From Microcystis aeruginosa NIES-843 (GTDB lineage: Bacteria; Cyanobacteriota; Cyanobacteriia; Cyanobacteriales; Microcystaceae): a stretch of DNA of 32,000 nt. Under the pieces are notes generated by a model. The model was not told the origin of the DNA, searched no databases, and worked only from the letters and a program-made list of their open reading frames with translations. Within the stretch, counting starts at the first letter, position 1. Every line of letters starts with the position of its first letter. Location: positions 150,001-182,000 of the forward strand of contig NC_010296.1 in the NCBI RefSeq assembly GCF_000010625.1, in the 5' to 3' direction. Position numbers and translations under genes: made by a program. Positions 15,816-25,243 of the stretch are shown piece by piece.

Positions 15816-15897
15816 AGTTAAAAAATTCAGTCAATGAAATGTACTTATTGATAAGCTGTTGACTCTTGAATGATAGCTTTCAGCCATGAGCTTTCCA

Positions 15898-15939
15898 CTG
15901 ATAACTGATAACTGATAACTGATTACTGATTACTGATTA
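15898..15939. repeat. heptamer tandem array (CTGATAA)3(CTGATTA)2-3
   Basis: Read directly from the sequence. The array overlaps the last codons and the stop of the thioredoxin-like gene. Confidence 0.85.
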
Positions 15940-16481
15940 ACTTGACTGCCGTGACTGCGAGGATCGGTTTGACTAGCGCCCGCAAGGATATTAAAATCAG
16001 AAGCCTGTCCCGTAGTGGTGGCATAGGGTAGGGTAGAATTGGTTAAAAGTGCTTCTAAATTAGCGGTTAAAATTGATTTTGGCTGTTCTCCGATCGCTTG
16101 GGCAATCGGTTGTCCTTGATTATTTAAAAAGACAAAATGGGGAATACCATCCACACGATAACGGAGAATTTCCGGCAACCATTTATTATTATCAACGTTG
16201 AGCATGACAAAATTAATGGCATTACCGTATTGTTTTTTAATTTCGGCAATTTCAGCGGCCATCGCCTGACAACTGGTACACCAATTAGCATAAAATTCTG
16301 TCAGGGTGGGTTTACCATTGCTGAGGGCAAGATCGAAAGGTGTCGCTTTTTCCGCTTGCGCTTCCAAAGATACAGAACTAGCGGTGGTTTGAAACCCGAA
16401 GAAAATCGCTACACTAAGAATAACTGCCGTTACTGCCAGCAGCAGATTTCTGATTTTATTGGTGGGTGTGGTGGCTGTCAT
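15930..16481 (-). CDS. thioredoxin-family thiol:disulfide oxidoreductase (TxlA/HCF164-like), membrane-anchored
   Basis: An N-terminal TM segment and the redox motif 'WCTSC' within 'EFYANWCTSCQAMA', in a thioredoxin-fold context. Confidence 0.8.
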   Translation of the reverse strand: MTATTPTNKIRNLLLAVTAVILSVAIFFGFQTTASSVSLEAQAEKATPFDLALSNGKPTLTEFYANWCTSCQAMAAEIAEIKKQYGNAINFVMLNVDNNKWLPEILRYRVDGIPHFVFLNNQGQPIAQAIGEQPKSILTANLEALLTNSTLPYATTTGQASDFNILAGASQTDPRSHGSQVNQ

Positions 16482-16522
16482 GGATAGTCTCTCAAAAATT
16501 ATTCCTATCCTATCCTATCCTC

Positions 16523-16927
16523 ATGAAAAAACGCGTTACTCTCACTTTTCCCAAAAAAGCCGTCCATATGCCCGTTACCTATCGACTGGCGAAGGATTTT
16601 AATGTCGCCGCTAATATTATCCGCGCCCAAGTTGCCCCCAATCAAGTGGGAACATTAGTATTAGAATTATCGGGAGATATCGATGAGTTAGAAGCGGCGA
16701 TCGAATGGTTACAATTACAAAATATTGGCGTTTCCCAAGTTAGTCGCGAAATCGTCATTGATGAAGAAAAATGCGTCGATTGTGGGTTATGTACGGGAGT
16801 TTGTCCCACGGAAGCTTTAACCCTTGATCCCGAAAGTTTTCGTCTCAAGTTTTTGCGTTCCCGTTGTGTGGTTTGTGAACAATGTATCCCCACTTGTCCC
16901 GTGGTGGCAATTTCCACAAACTTGTAA
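16523..16927 (+). CDS. NIL-domain / 2x[4Fe-4S] ferredoxin-like protein
   Basis: An N-terminal NIL-like segment (PVTYRLAKDFNVAANIIRAQV..GTLVLELSGD) and two Cys clusters, 'CVDCGLCTGVCP' and 'CVVCEQCIPTCP'. The start is moved to ATG 16523 (MKKRVTLTF). Confidence 0.8.
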   Translation: MKKRVTLTFPKKAVHMPVTYRLAKDFNVAANIIRAQVAPNQVGTLVLELSGDIDELEAAIEWLQLQNIGVSQVSREIVIDEEKCVDCGLCTGVCPTEALTLDPESFRLKFLRSRCVVCEQCIPTCPVVAISTNL

Positions 16928-17162
16928 AGTAGCAGTTATTAAATTAATTTTTTTGCCCATTTAAATAATAGCCATCTCTGGAGATTTTAAGCCTTCATTT
17001 GTCTCCAACGCGGTTAATCGTCACAAATATCCCCTTCCCTTTCTGCCTAAAGACCCTTTCTCCGATACCATAGTTAAAAAGAGATTGCTGACTCTGGCCA
17101 CATCTGTGGGGATTACATACCATTAATCATGGTTTTTTTGCAAAAAATACAAAAAACTTGAC

Positions 17163-18572
17163 ATGACTTCTGCCGTTCCTCGCCTTTCCTATCCTGATAG
17201 TCCGATTGCTGATCTTCGCGGCCTCTATAACTTTATCCTCAACCCGCAACTGTTAGCCGCAGAAAAGGGAAATCCGTCGATCGTTAGTTTTTGTCAAAAA
17301 ATTTCCCCCGTTGATCCCCTAGAAATTCTCTCTCGGATTGCCTCTAGCTATGCCACCCATTGTTATTGGGAAAATCCCGAACGAGAAACCGCTTTTCTCG
17401 GCTACGGCATCGCCTTTGCTGCCACTTTCCACGGCAAACAACGTTTTTTAAAAGCTCAAAAATTTATTAAAAACTGTCAACAAAGAATTATTAAAATTGA
17501 TAACTATAGCGAGATTACTCCCCGCATCTTTTGTAGTTTCACTTTTTTCGACTCGGAAAGAGCTACCCCCTTTCCCTCAGCTACCCTAACCCTGCCTAAG
17601 TTTCAAATTATCAAAAAACAGTCGGAATATTTTTTCCTTACCAATCTCCTAATCACCGGCGAAAAAGAAATAGAAAACTCCCTCGAAGAAACTATCAACA
17701 ACCTCAAAATTATCCAAAATAACTCGAGCAATTGCCGACAAAATCCCCACCAGGATCCCTGTAGTTATTATATTCATCCTACCTATAATTTTCAAGCGGC
17801 TGTTGCCGATGCACTCCAATCTATCCACGCCGAAAAATTTAGCAAAATTGTCCTCGCTCACGCTCTTGACGTGATTTCTCCCCGTCCTTTTCATCTGGTA
17901 AACTGTCTCGATAATTTGCGTCAGCGTCATCCCGATTGCTACACTTTTTCCCTCGGCAATGGACGGGGAGATCATTTTATCGGCGCTAGTCCCGAACGCT
18001 TGTTAACTGTCCATCAGGGGCAATTAATCACCGATGCTTTAGCGGGATCCGCTCCCCGGGGAGAAAATGCGATCGAAGATGCTCTCTTGGCCAATAAACT
18101 CCTCGCTAGTGAAAAAGAACAACGGGAACATCGGGCCGTTAGTGACTTTATTAACCAAAAACTGCGACAAATTGGCTTAAATCCGCAAAATTCTCCCTCT
18201 AGATTGTTAAAACTCTCCAATATTCAACATCTCTGGACTCCTATCCATGCCAAACTCAAACCCTCCATCCATCCCCTCGAAATTGTTGCCCAACTACACC
18301 CCACTCCTGCTGTTGCTGGGGTTCCCACGGAGATCGCTTTAGCACAAATTCGTCATTATGAAACCTTCGATCGCTCTCTTTATGCCGCTCCTTTGGGTTG
18401 GATCGATTGTCAAAATAATAGTGAGTTTATTGTTGGTATTCGTTCGGCCTTAATTAAAGGCGATCGAGCGCGATTATACGCCGGTGCGGGTATTGTTGCC
18501 GGTTCCGATCCGGAAAAAGAACTAGCAGAAATTCAGCTTAAATTTCAAGCTCTCTTAAAAGCTTTAACTTAA
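17163..18572 (+). CDS. menF: isochorismate synthase (phylloquinone pathway)
   Basis: Chorismate-binding family motifs 'HPTPAVAGVP' and 'GAGIVAGSDPEKELAE', at MenF-like length. Confidence 0.88.
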   Translation: MTSAVPRLSYPDSPIADLRGLYNFILNPQLLAAEKGNPSIVSFCQKISPVDPLEILSRIASSYATHCYWENPERETAFLGYGIAFAATFHGKQRFLKAQKFIKNCQQRIIKIDNYSEITPRIFCSFTFFDSERATPFPSATLTLPKFQIIKKQSEYFFLTNLLITGEKEIENSLEETINNLKIIQNNSSNCRQNPHQDPCSYYIHPTYNFQAAVADALQSIHAEKFSKIVLAHALDVISPRPFHLVNCLDNLRQRHPDCYTFSLGNGRGDHFIGASPERLLTVHQGQLITDALAGSAPRGENAIEDALLANKLLASEKEQREHRAVSDFINQKLRQIGLNPQNSPSRLLKLSNIQHLWTPIHAKLKPSIHPLEIVAQLHPTPAVAGVPTEIALAQIRHYETFDRSLYAAPLGWIDCQNNSEFIVGIRSALIKGDRARLYAGAGIVAGSDPEKELAEIQLKFQALLKALT

Positions 18573-18583
18573 ACTGTAGCTTT

Positions 18584-19960
18584 TTAGCGAACTAATAACT
18601 TAAATAAGTTTAATTTACCCTTAAAAGGCGGATATTTTAAAACAGGATTGAACCAAAGAGGTGTTTTCATAATCGCTTTTTGGTGACTAAAATTCTCAAA
18701 GGAAAAACGACCATGATAGCTACCAATACCGCTATTTCCTCGACCACCAAAGGGTAAACTAGGATTAGTAAAATGAAAACTATTGTTGTTAATACAACCT
18801 CCCCCAAACTGGACTGATTCTAACCATTTCTTTTCGGTTTTTGCCTTGGTAGTAAACAGATAAAAAGCTAGAGGGTTAGGATTTTTAGCAATAATTGCTA
18901 AAGCTTCCTCAAAAGTGCTAAAGGCAATGATCGGTAAAATTGGACCGAATATTTCCCCTTGCATAATAGGAGCATCGAGGGAAACATTAGTTAATAAAGT
19001 TGGTTGAATATATAAATTTTCTCGATCGGTTTTGCCTCCAAAAACAATCTCACCATCTTGGAGAAAGTCAATCAGGCGATCAAATTGTTTCTCATTAATT
19101 ATCTTACCATAATCAGCACTTAATCTGGCATCTTTACCGAAAAAATTAACAATAGTGTTTACTAATTCTCTGATCACATTCTCCTGCTGGGATTGATGTA
19201 CTAAAACATAATCAGCTGCGATACACATTTGACCACAATTAGAGAATTTTGTCACGGCAATGCGACGGGTTGCCACGGAAATATTAGCATCAGCTTCGAT
19301 AACACAGGGACTTTTTCCCCCTAATTCTAGAGTAACGGGAATTAACTTTGCTGCCGCTAGTTGATAAATAATTTTTCCTACCCTTGTACTGCCAGTAAAA
19401 AATATATGATCAAAGGTAAAACTGTCTAACATATTCGGAATTACTTCCGCACCATCTCCCGGGACAATTAACACATATTCTTCGGGGAATATTTCTTCAA
19501 TTATTTTAACTACTAATTTTTCCGTCGCTGAGGCAAATTCACTCGGTTTTAATACCGCACAGTTACCGGCAGCAATGGCACCGACTAAAGGCACTAATAA
19601 CAATTGGAGGGGATAATTCCAAGCACCAATAATTAAAACCACTCCTAAAGGTTCCCGAATAATCTGACTGGAGGATGGGAAATTTAAGAGATTAGTTTTA
19701 ACAGTTTTGGGTTGCATCCATGAGCGCAAATTTTTTAAAGCGGTATTAATTTCCACCAAAAGGAAGCCATTTTCAGTAACCCAACAATCCTCGGGACTTT
19801 TCTTTAAATCGCTATATAAAGCTCGATATATCTCTGCTTCATATTTAATGATTGCCTGTTTTAACTTCTCTAACTGCTGACGACGGAATTGATAGGAACG
19901 AGTTGCACCACTGGCAAAGTACTGACGCAATTTGGCTAATTTTTCTGAGTTTGACAGCAT
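18584..19960 (-). CDS. aldehyde dehydrogenase, class-3-like, NAD(P)+ dependent
   Basis: 'ELGGKSP', a catalytic Cys in 'NCGQMCIAADY', 'FFTGS', and ~458 aa. Confidence 0.9.
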   Translation of the reverse strand: MLSNSEKLAKLRQYFASGATRSYQFRRQQLEKLKQAIIKYEAEIYRALYSDLKKSPEDCWVTENGFLLVEINTALKNLRSWMQPKTVKTNLLNFPSSSQIIREPLGVVLIIGAWNYPLQLLLVPLVGAIAAGNCAVLKPSEFASATEKLVVKIIEEIFPEEYVLIVPGDGAEVIPNMLDSFTFDHIFFTGSTRVGKIIYQLAAAKLIPVTLELGGKSPCVIEADANISVATRRIAVTKFSNCGQMCIAADYVLVHQSQQENVIRELVNTIVNFFGKDARLSADYGKIINEKQFDRLIDFLQDGEIVFGGKTDRENLYIQPTLLTNVSLDAPIMQGEIFGPILPIIAFSTFEEALAIIAKNPNPLAFYLFTTKAKTEKKWLESVQFGGGCINNNSFHFTNPSLPFGGRGNSGIGSYHGRFSFENFSHQKAIMKTPLWFNPVLKYPPFKGKLNLFKLLVR

Positions 19961-19990
19961 CGAAATAATTCCTAACTTAATGATGAAATT

Positions 19991-21469
19991 CTACGGCATC
20001 CACTGGGGACGAATTCCCGCTAGAGGTAATTCAATTAAATCAGATTTACTGGCTTTTACTCCATCTTGTAGGGGAGGAATTAACATCCACAAACGACCAC
20101 CGATAATTGTTTCTCCCGAATCGGTAGTCAAGAGATTAGTAGGATTAGTATCATAACTGGTGCGAAGTTGATCAAAAATAATTGCTAAACCATCGGGAGA
20201 TAAACTAATGTGAATATCACGATAATCAGCTAATTCCAGTAGGGGAGTCACTTGACCGGTCTTCACATCTATTTTAGCAAAATAGGGTTTTTCTTTGTAC
20301 TCTTGACTGTTAGTAACTAACTCGGTTAACAAACAATACAAATCACTACCGGTGGCATTAAATTGACAATCTATAATCGAACCTTGTAGATTGAGTAAGC
20401 GTTTTTGTAATCCTTGATTATTGACATAAAAAAGCGATCGAATATAACGCATTTTGGCATTATCAGTATTAAAATTTACCATTGCTGCGGCCGTACCATC
20501 GGCAGAAAAATTCAAAATTCGCCCAAATTTTGGTAAAAAATCCAGGGGTTTTGTCTCGAATTTTAAGGGCAAAAGCGCAATTCCTTCCCCCTGGGTTACA
20601 GCCAAAGTTTTACTATCAGGTGCGATCAAAAATTCTCCGCCTTGGATGTTTAATTGTTGGGGTTTTTCCCCCGATTTAACTGCCCATAAATCGAAGTTAA
20701 TCGGATTGCGGCGCTCAATTCTCTGCACGACAATAGTTTCCCCATCTTTAGCTAAATCAAAGTGATTATTTTGATAATCTTTATTGTCTAGCACTAACTC
20801 AATTTTTAGAGGCGATTGACTGCTATCAACTTGGTAAAGCTGCAGTTCACGAATTCCCTCTATTCCCCGATTTTTCGCCACGGCCGAAAAGAGGATTTTT
20901 TTACCATCAGGATAGAATTCAAAAGCCATAACGGTCAAATTTGCGGGGGTTAAGAGGGTTTTCTTCTCCTCCGTCAAGTTATAAAAAATTAATCTTCCCT
21001 GTTCTTCCCCATTAGTGCCAATATAGGCAAAAGCACGATCGCGACTTTTAAATTCTCTTTCAAAAATTGCCAGGGTTTGTCCTAATCGATTACCGCTGCG
21101 AAATTGTTCCCGCGCACCTTCAATTTGCAGATGATATTTTTCTCCGTAGGGAATGGGAGAAGTGAGGGTATAAGCTAATCGTCTTCCGGCCCAACTCAAC
21201 TTACCCGGCAGCGGAGGATCGATAACTAGATTTTTTTCTACACTAGCATGATCCATGGGGCGATCAAAAGTGATAATAAATGCTTGATCTTCTGAGCCAA
21301 TTTCTCGATTTTCCCAGCTAAATTCCTTGACCCTTGGACCGGTTTGCAAAAGACATTGATTACCACAGCTATTACCTAACCAAATTAAGCCGCCAATTAC
21401 TAAGGTTAGCGATACAATTAATGTTATCGCTAATTTATCAATCGGTTGTAGTTGTAAGGTCTTGATCAT
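19991..21469 (-). CDS. membrane-anchored protein with an Ig-like (SbsA/Big_5-type) domain and a TolB-like beta-propeller region
   Basis: An N-terminal TM segment, then 'AFIITFDRPMDHASVEKNLVIDPPLPGKLSWAGRRLAYTL' (Ig-like), then repeated 'PDGK/SPDG/SADG' beta-propeller-like segments. Confidence 0.6.
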   Translation of the reverse strand: MIKTLQLQPIDKLAITLIVSLTLVIGGLIWLGNSCGNQCLLQTGPRVKEFSWENREIGSEDQAFIITFDRPMDHASVEKNLVIDPPLPGKLSWAGRRLAYTLTSPIPYGEKYHLQIEGAREQFRSGNRLGQTLAIFEREFKSRDRAFAYIGTNGEEQGRLIFYNLTEEKKTLLTPANLTVMAFEFYPDGKKILFSAVAKNRGIEGIRELQLYQVDSSQSPLKIELVLDNKDYQNNHFDLAKDGETIVVQRIERRNPINFDLWAVKSGEKPQQLNIQGGEFLIAPDSKTLAVTQGEGIALLPLKFETKPLDFLPKFGRILNFSADGTAAAMVNFNTDNAKMRYIRSLFYVNNQGLQKRLLNLQGSIIDCQFNATGSDLYCLLTELVTNSQEYKEKPYFAKIDVKTGQVTPLLELADYRDIHISLSPDGLAIIFDQLRTSYDTNPTNLLTTDSGETIIGGRLWMLIPPLQDGVKASKSDLIELPLAGIRPQWMP

Positions 21470-21491
21470 TATAGTAGATGGTTAGAAACAA

Positions 21492-21515
21492 CTGATAACT
21501 GATAACTGATAACTG
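21492..21515. repeat. heptamer tandem array (CTGATAA)3
   Basis: Read directly from the sequence. It fills most of the 46-nt spacer between the stop at 21516 and the start at 21469. Confidence 0.85.
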
Positions 21516-22307
21516 TTAATATCCGTAGGGATCCACAGGAGTGGGTATAGATTTCACGGATTTAGCCTTAATTACTAATTGTCTTCTGGTGGTTGATTTT
21601 CCCACCTCTACGGGTAAAGATTCCGTGGCCATTTCTCCGGTGATTTCTAACCAAGTATCATTGGGATATTGACCGCGACTTCCTGATAGTTTCACCGGCA
21701 AACCCACGGGATAAGCATCCACGGCACAACAGGTAAGGATAAAGCGACTAATTAATAAATAATTATCGGGTAATTGGGGCAATTGCACCACAAAACCTGT
21801 GACTTTTACCGGTTGTCCCGTGTAAGCATCAGGTTCGGGGTAAGCATTCAAAGTTCTTACCCATTCAATTAAACTTTTTTCCTCTGGTTTAACGGTAGTG
21901 CCAAAGGATTGAGTTTGCAAGCGAGTTAGGGGTAAAGATTCACTAATTCCCCTCTGTAATGCGATTTGACTGCTGAGGGGCTGCGGGGCAATAAATAGGC
22001 CTAAAAGGGCAGTGATTACTAATAAACCTGAGCCAAAATGTTGGGGAAGAATGGTAATATGCGATCGATTATCGTTACTATCTAAATTAATCTTTTTTTG
22101 CCACTGTTTTAATAATGTCCAAAGCTTGACTATTCCCAGAACAAATAAAGCAATACTGGTGATGATAACCAGGATAAAATAATTAGGATGGATCAGTAAA
22201 TTTAACTGTCCAGTTATCCAGTATTTAAATAGTAACGAACCCCAACCGATTAGGGCAATAATATCGATAAATTGGGGGGCGATTATTTTTAGACGTGATG
22301 AATTCAT
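21516..22307 (-). CDS. TIGR03943/DUF1980-family protein (partner subunit of the COG0701 permease)
   Basis: N-terminal TM helices and the C-terminal 'ISRFILTCCAVDAYPVGLPV' (CC..D) motif. It lies immediately downstream of the permease. Confidence 0.8.
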   Translation of the reverse strand: MNSSRLKIIAPQFIDIIALIGWGSLLFKYWITGQLNLLIHPNYFILVIITSIALFVLGIVKLWTLLKQWQKKINLDSNDNRSHITILPQHFGSGLLVITALLGLFIAPQPLSSQIALQRGISESLPLTRLQTQSFGTTVKPEEKSLIEWVRTLNAYPEPDAYTGQPVKVTGFVVQLPQLPDNYLLISRFILTCCAVDAYPVGLPVKLSGSRGQYPNDTWLEITGEMATESLPVEVGKSTTRRQLVIKAKSVKSIPTPVDPYGY

Positions 22308-22331
22308 GGGAAAAACTATCCGGGTACTGAC

Positions 22332-23342
22332 CTAAAATAAATAACTGTGAGCCAAGGTGAGTAAAAAAGTCATTTGCGCTGCTAAAGCAAAGAGATAAAT
22401 TAACATTCTCGGTTTAAAAATAGACAACATTAAACCAATCCCTTTCAGGTCAATCATTGGACCGAACACTAAAAAAGCCAGCAGGGAACTACTGGTAAAA
22501 CTAGAGGCAAAGGAGAGGGCAAAAAAAGAATCAACCGTGGAACAAATCGAAACAATTACCGCTAACAGCATCATGGCCAAGATCGAAGTAATCGGATCCT
22601 GACCCAAATTAAGAACAAATTCCCGGGGAACAAACACCTGTAAACCGGCCGCTATAGCACTTCCTAAGATTAACACTCCTCCTAATTCCCGTAATTCCAT
22701 CACCACGTTTTCCACAAAAGTTAACCAGCGCCTTTTCATCGGGATAGCTTGCACTGCTGGTAGGACAGCAGTAGCGGCAAAACTTTCATCTAAGCGCAAA
22801 GTTTGCCCAGAATTACCGATCAGAAAAGAACCGGATTGTAGTAGTAGTGGGATAGATTCTTTTTCCGGTGTTTGCGGTTGCCAATTGAGACTTTTTGCCA
22901 AAGAGGTTTGTAGGAGCGGTCGGGGATCTTTTTGGATACTAAAGATAATACCGATAACCGTAGCGATGAACAAAGAAAAGATAACTCGATAGAAAACAAT
23001 TTCCGGTTGATCGCGAAAAGCTACCCAAGTGGACCAGATAACAATCGGGTTAATTGTCGGCGCTGCTAAGAGAAAACTAACCGCTACTGCATTCGGCATT
23101 CCTTGCACAAGTAAACGTCGCGCCACCGGCACATTGCCACACTCACAGACGGGAAACAAAAAACCAATACATCCCCCCACAAATGCTCCTAAAACAGCAT
23201 TTCGAGGCATCAAGGCAACTAGGCGACGTTCATCGACAAATATTAAAAGAATACTAGAGAGAATCACCCCTAGCAGCAAGAAAGGCATCGCTTCCACCAA
23301 CAGGCTCAGGAATAGGGTAAAGGCATTTTGTAGTTGACTCAT
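22332..23342 (-). CDS. COG0701/DUF318 (ArsP-like) permease
   Basis: Polytopic membrane protein with the N-terminus 'LLVEAMPFLLLGV' and the motif 'FPVCECGNVPVARRL'. Confidence 0.85.
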   Translation of the reverse strand: MSQLQNAFTLFLSLLVEAMPFLLLGVILSSILLIFVDERRLVALMPRNAVLGAFVGGCIGFLFPVCECGNVPVARRLLVQGMPNAVAVSFLLAAPTINPIVIWSTWVAFRDQPEIVFYRVIFSLFIATVIGIIFSIQKDPRPLLQTSLAKSLNWQPQTPEKESIPLLLQSGSFLIGNSGQTLRLDESFAATAVLPAVQAIPMKRRWLTFVENVVMELRELGGVLILGSAIAAGLQVFVPREFVLNLGQDPITSILAMMLLAVIVSICSTVDSFFALSFASSFTSSSLLAFLVFGPMIDLKGIGLMLSIFKPRMLIYLFALAAQMTFLLTLAHSYLF

Positions 23343-23469
23343 CTATCCTCGCCTTGGCAATTAGAGGTTTAGGGGTAAAGACTTAGGAACCCCAGAAAAA
23401 GGTTCATCAGTCCGCTCCCCGGCTTTTTAACATTTTTTTAATATATCCGATCGAGTGACTTCTGTGTTG

Positions 23470-23617
23470 TCAGGGGACAGGAGCCAGTTATCAGGGGACA
23501 GGTTTTAGGTTTTGGGGTTTTGGGGTGTTAGGGTGTTAGGGTGTTAGGGTTTTAGTTGAAATTCCCCCACTTCCCCACTTCCCCACTTCCCCACTTCATA
23601 ATTCATAATTCATAATT
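23470..23617. repeat. cluster of tandem arrays: (CAGGGGACAGG)2, (GGGTGTTA)3, (CCCCACTT)4, (CATAATT)3
   Basis: Read directly from the sequence. It lies between the larE stop and the permease start. Confidence 0.8.
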
Positions 23618-23640
23618 CCCACTCTCCCATCACCTCACAC

Positions 23641-24450
23641 TTAGAGGACTCGATTAAGCTTGCCGCTTTGATAACCTTCTAGATCGAGGGTGACATAGAT
23701 AAAGCCTAATTTTTGCAGATCAGCGACTAATTCGCTTAAATTTGTCCGATTAATAAAGTCGGGAATTGCTGCTGCTGGTAATTCAATCCGTGCCGTATCG
23801 CCGCTCGATCGCACCCGTAATTGACGATAACCTAATTTTCGCAGATAAATCTCCGCCCGTCCGACTCTTTGCAATTTCTCCAGGCTAATTTCCTCCCCGT
23901 AGGGAAAACGGGAACTTAAACAGGGTTGCGCCGGTTTATCCCACCAAGGTAAATTTAAGTAACGAGATAGTTGACGAACTTCGCTTTTTGTGATACCAAT
24001 TTCCGCCAAAGGTGAACGAGCGCCGCGCTCCCTAGCGGCTTGAATTCCGGGACGATAATCCCTTAAATCATCAGCATTAACGCCATCGATGACGTAGGAA
24101 TAACCACGAGCGAGGGCGATGGGTTTAAGGGTGTCGTGTAGCTCACTTTTGCAGAAATAACAGCGATTAACGGGATTACTGGTGTAATTGGGGTTATTCA
24201 TTTCCTCGGTTTCCACCAATTCGTGCCGAATACCGATATAATCGGCCTGAGCGATCGCTTCTTCTAATTCTTCCGGCAGTAGGGAAGGGGAAACCGCCGT
24301 AATTGCCAATGCTTGACTCCCTAGCAGATCATAAGCCACTTTTGCCACTAGGGTACTATCCACGCCCCCAGAATAGGCAATCAGGGCTTTTTCGCTGGTT
24401 TTTAAGAGGTTTTGTAATTGTCCGAGTTTATCAAGTAATTGACTGTCCAT
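23641..24450 (-). CDS. larE: PP-loop ATP pyrophosphatase, LarE-like sulfur transferase (TIGR00268 family)
   Basis: PP-loop 'AYSGGVDSTLVA' and the motif 'PCLSSRFPYG' containing the conserved Cys, at ~270 aa. Confidence 0.82.
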   Translation of the reverse strand: MDSQLLDKLGQLQNLLKTSEKALIAYSGGVDSTLVAKVAYDLLGSQALAITAVSPSLLPEELEEAIAQADYIGIRHELVETEEMNNPNYTSNPVNRCYFCKSELHDTLKPIALARGYSYVIDGVNADDLRDYRPGIQAARERGARSPLAEIGITKSEVRQLSRYLNLPWWDKPAQPCLSSRFPYGEEISLEKLQRVGRAEIYLRKLGYRQLRVRSSGDTARIELPAAAIPDFINRTNLSELVADLQKLGFIYVTLDLEGYQSGKLNRVL

Positions 24451-24683
24451 GGCGGCGATTTTGGCAACTGGTTTAGGGAGACCGTTTTTTATTTGGGTAT
24501 AGACAAGTAGCTTAAGCCACTTGTCCCAAGAATTTGCGGCAATGAGGTAAGTAGTAGTGCAAAATAAATTTCCTAGTCAAGATAGGCACTCATGCAAGAG
24601 GTAAGAGGTGGTTAGATATGTGTAATTAATTTTGCCTAGGTACTTAGTATAATTTAAATGCGTCTTAGCTTAACCCTCTCTAC

Positions 24684-24998
24684 ATGACAACAAATCTCAC
24701 AGACTATAAACATATTGCAATTGATCATCGGGGAGTACCAATAATTGCGGGTTCTACCCTAAAAGTGATTGATCTAGTTATGGCACAAATAGCTTACGGT
24801 TGGACTCCAGCAGAAATTCACATTAACAATCGTGATTTAAGTATGAGTCAAATTCACTCAGCATTAGCTTACTATTGGGAACATAGAGAGGAATTATATC
24901 AAGCTATCCAAGCTGATTTAGAATTTGCCCAAAAAATGCGAGAAAAAGCCGGATATTCTCCCTTTGTTACCCGACTTAAAGCACAGGGAATAAGGTAA
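24684..24998 (+). CDS. DUF433-domain protein (antitoxin-like); no partner gene follows
   Basis: 'IAIDHRGVPIIAGSTLKVIDLV' and 'GWTPAEIHINNRDLSMSQIHSALAYYWEHREEL' are typical of DUF433. Confidence 0.8.
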   Translation: MTTNLTDYKHIAIDHRGVPIIAGSTLKVIDLVMAQIAYGWTPAEIHINNRDLSMSQIHSALAYYWEHREELYQAIQADLEFAQKMREKAGYSPFVTRLKAQGIR

Positions 24999-25057
24999 GA
25001 ATAGGCGTTTAAAATGTATCTTAGCTTATTGCTGATCCCAATTATTTTAGTAAGTAT

Positions 25058-25243
25058 TTAGTCATAAACTTCACTTCTATGACCTACTCTAACAATAATA
25101 ATTATCCTACTCTCTCGATCAAATTCATAAATAACCCGATAATCTCCTACTCTTAATTTATTAAGAATCCTCAGTCTGATAAAATCGCTGATCAAATCTA
25201 AATCAGTTATCGACTCCGGTTCAAAAGTAACAGAATAGCTCAT
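25058..25243 (-). CDS. RelE/ParE-family toxin with an apparent in-frame internal deletion (61 aa)
   Basis: The N-terminus 'MSYSVTFEPESITDL' and the C-terminus 'RVGDYRVIYEFDRESRIIIIVRVGHRSEVY' are canonical. About 25 residues normally found between 'RILNKL' and 'RVGDY' are absent. Confidence 0.7.
   Translation of the reverse strand: MSYSVTFEPESITDLDLISDFIRLRILNKLRVGDYRVIYEFDRESRIIIIVRVGHRSEVYD

Noticed and set aside
24999-25057. Short ORF MYLSLLLIPIILVSI after the DUF433 gene, considered as a possible DUF5615/PIN-like partner
   Set aside because: It is only 15 codons long and has no resemblance to the expected partner N-terminus. The DUF433 gene is treated as solitary.
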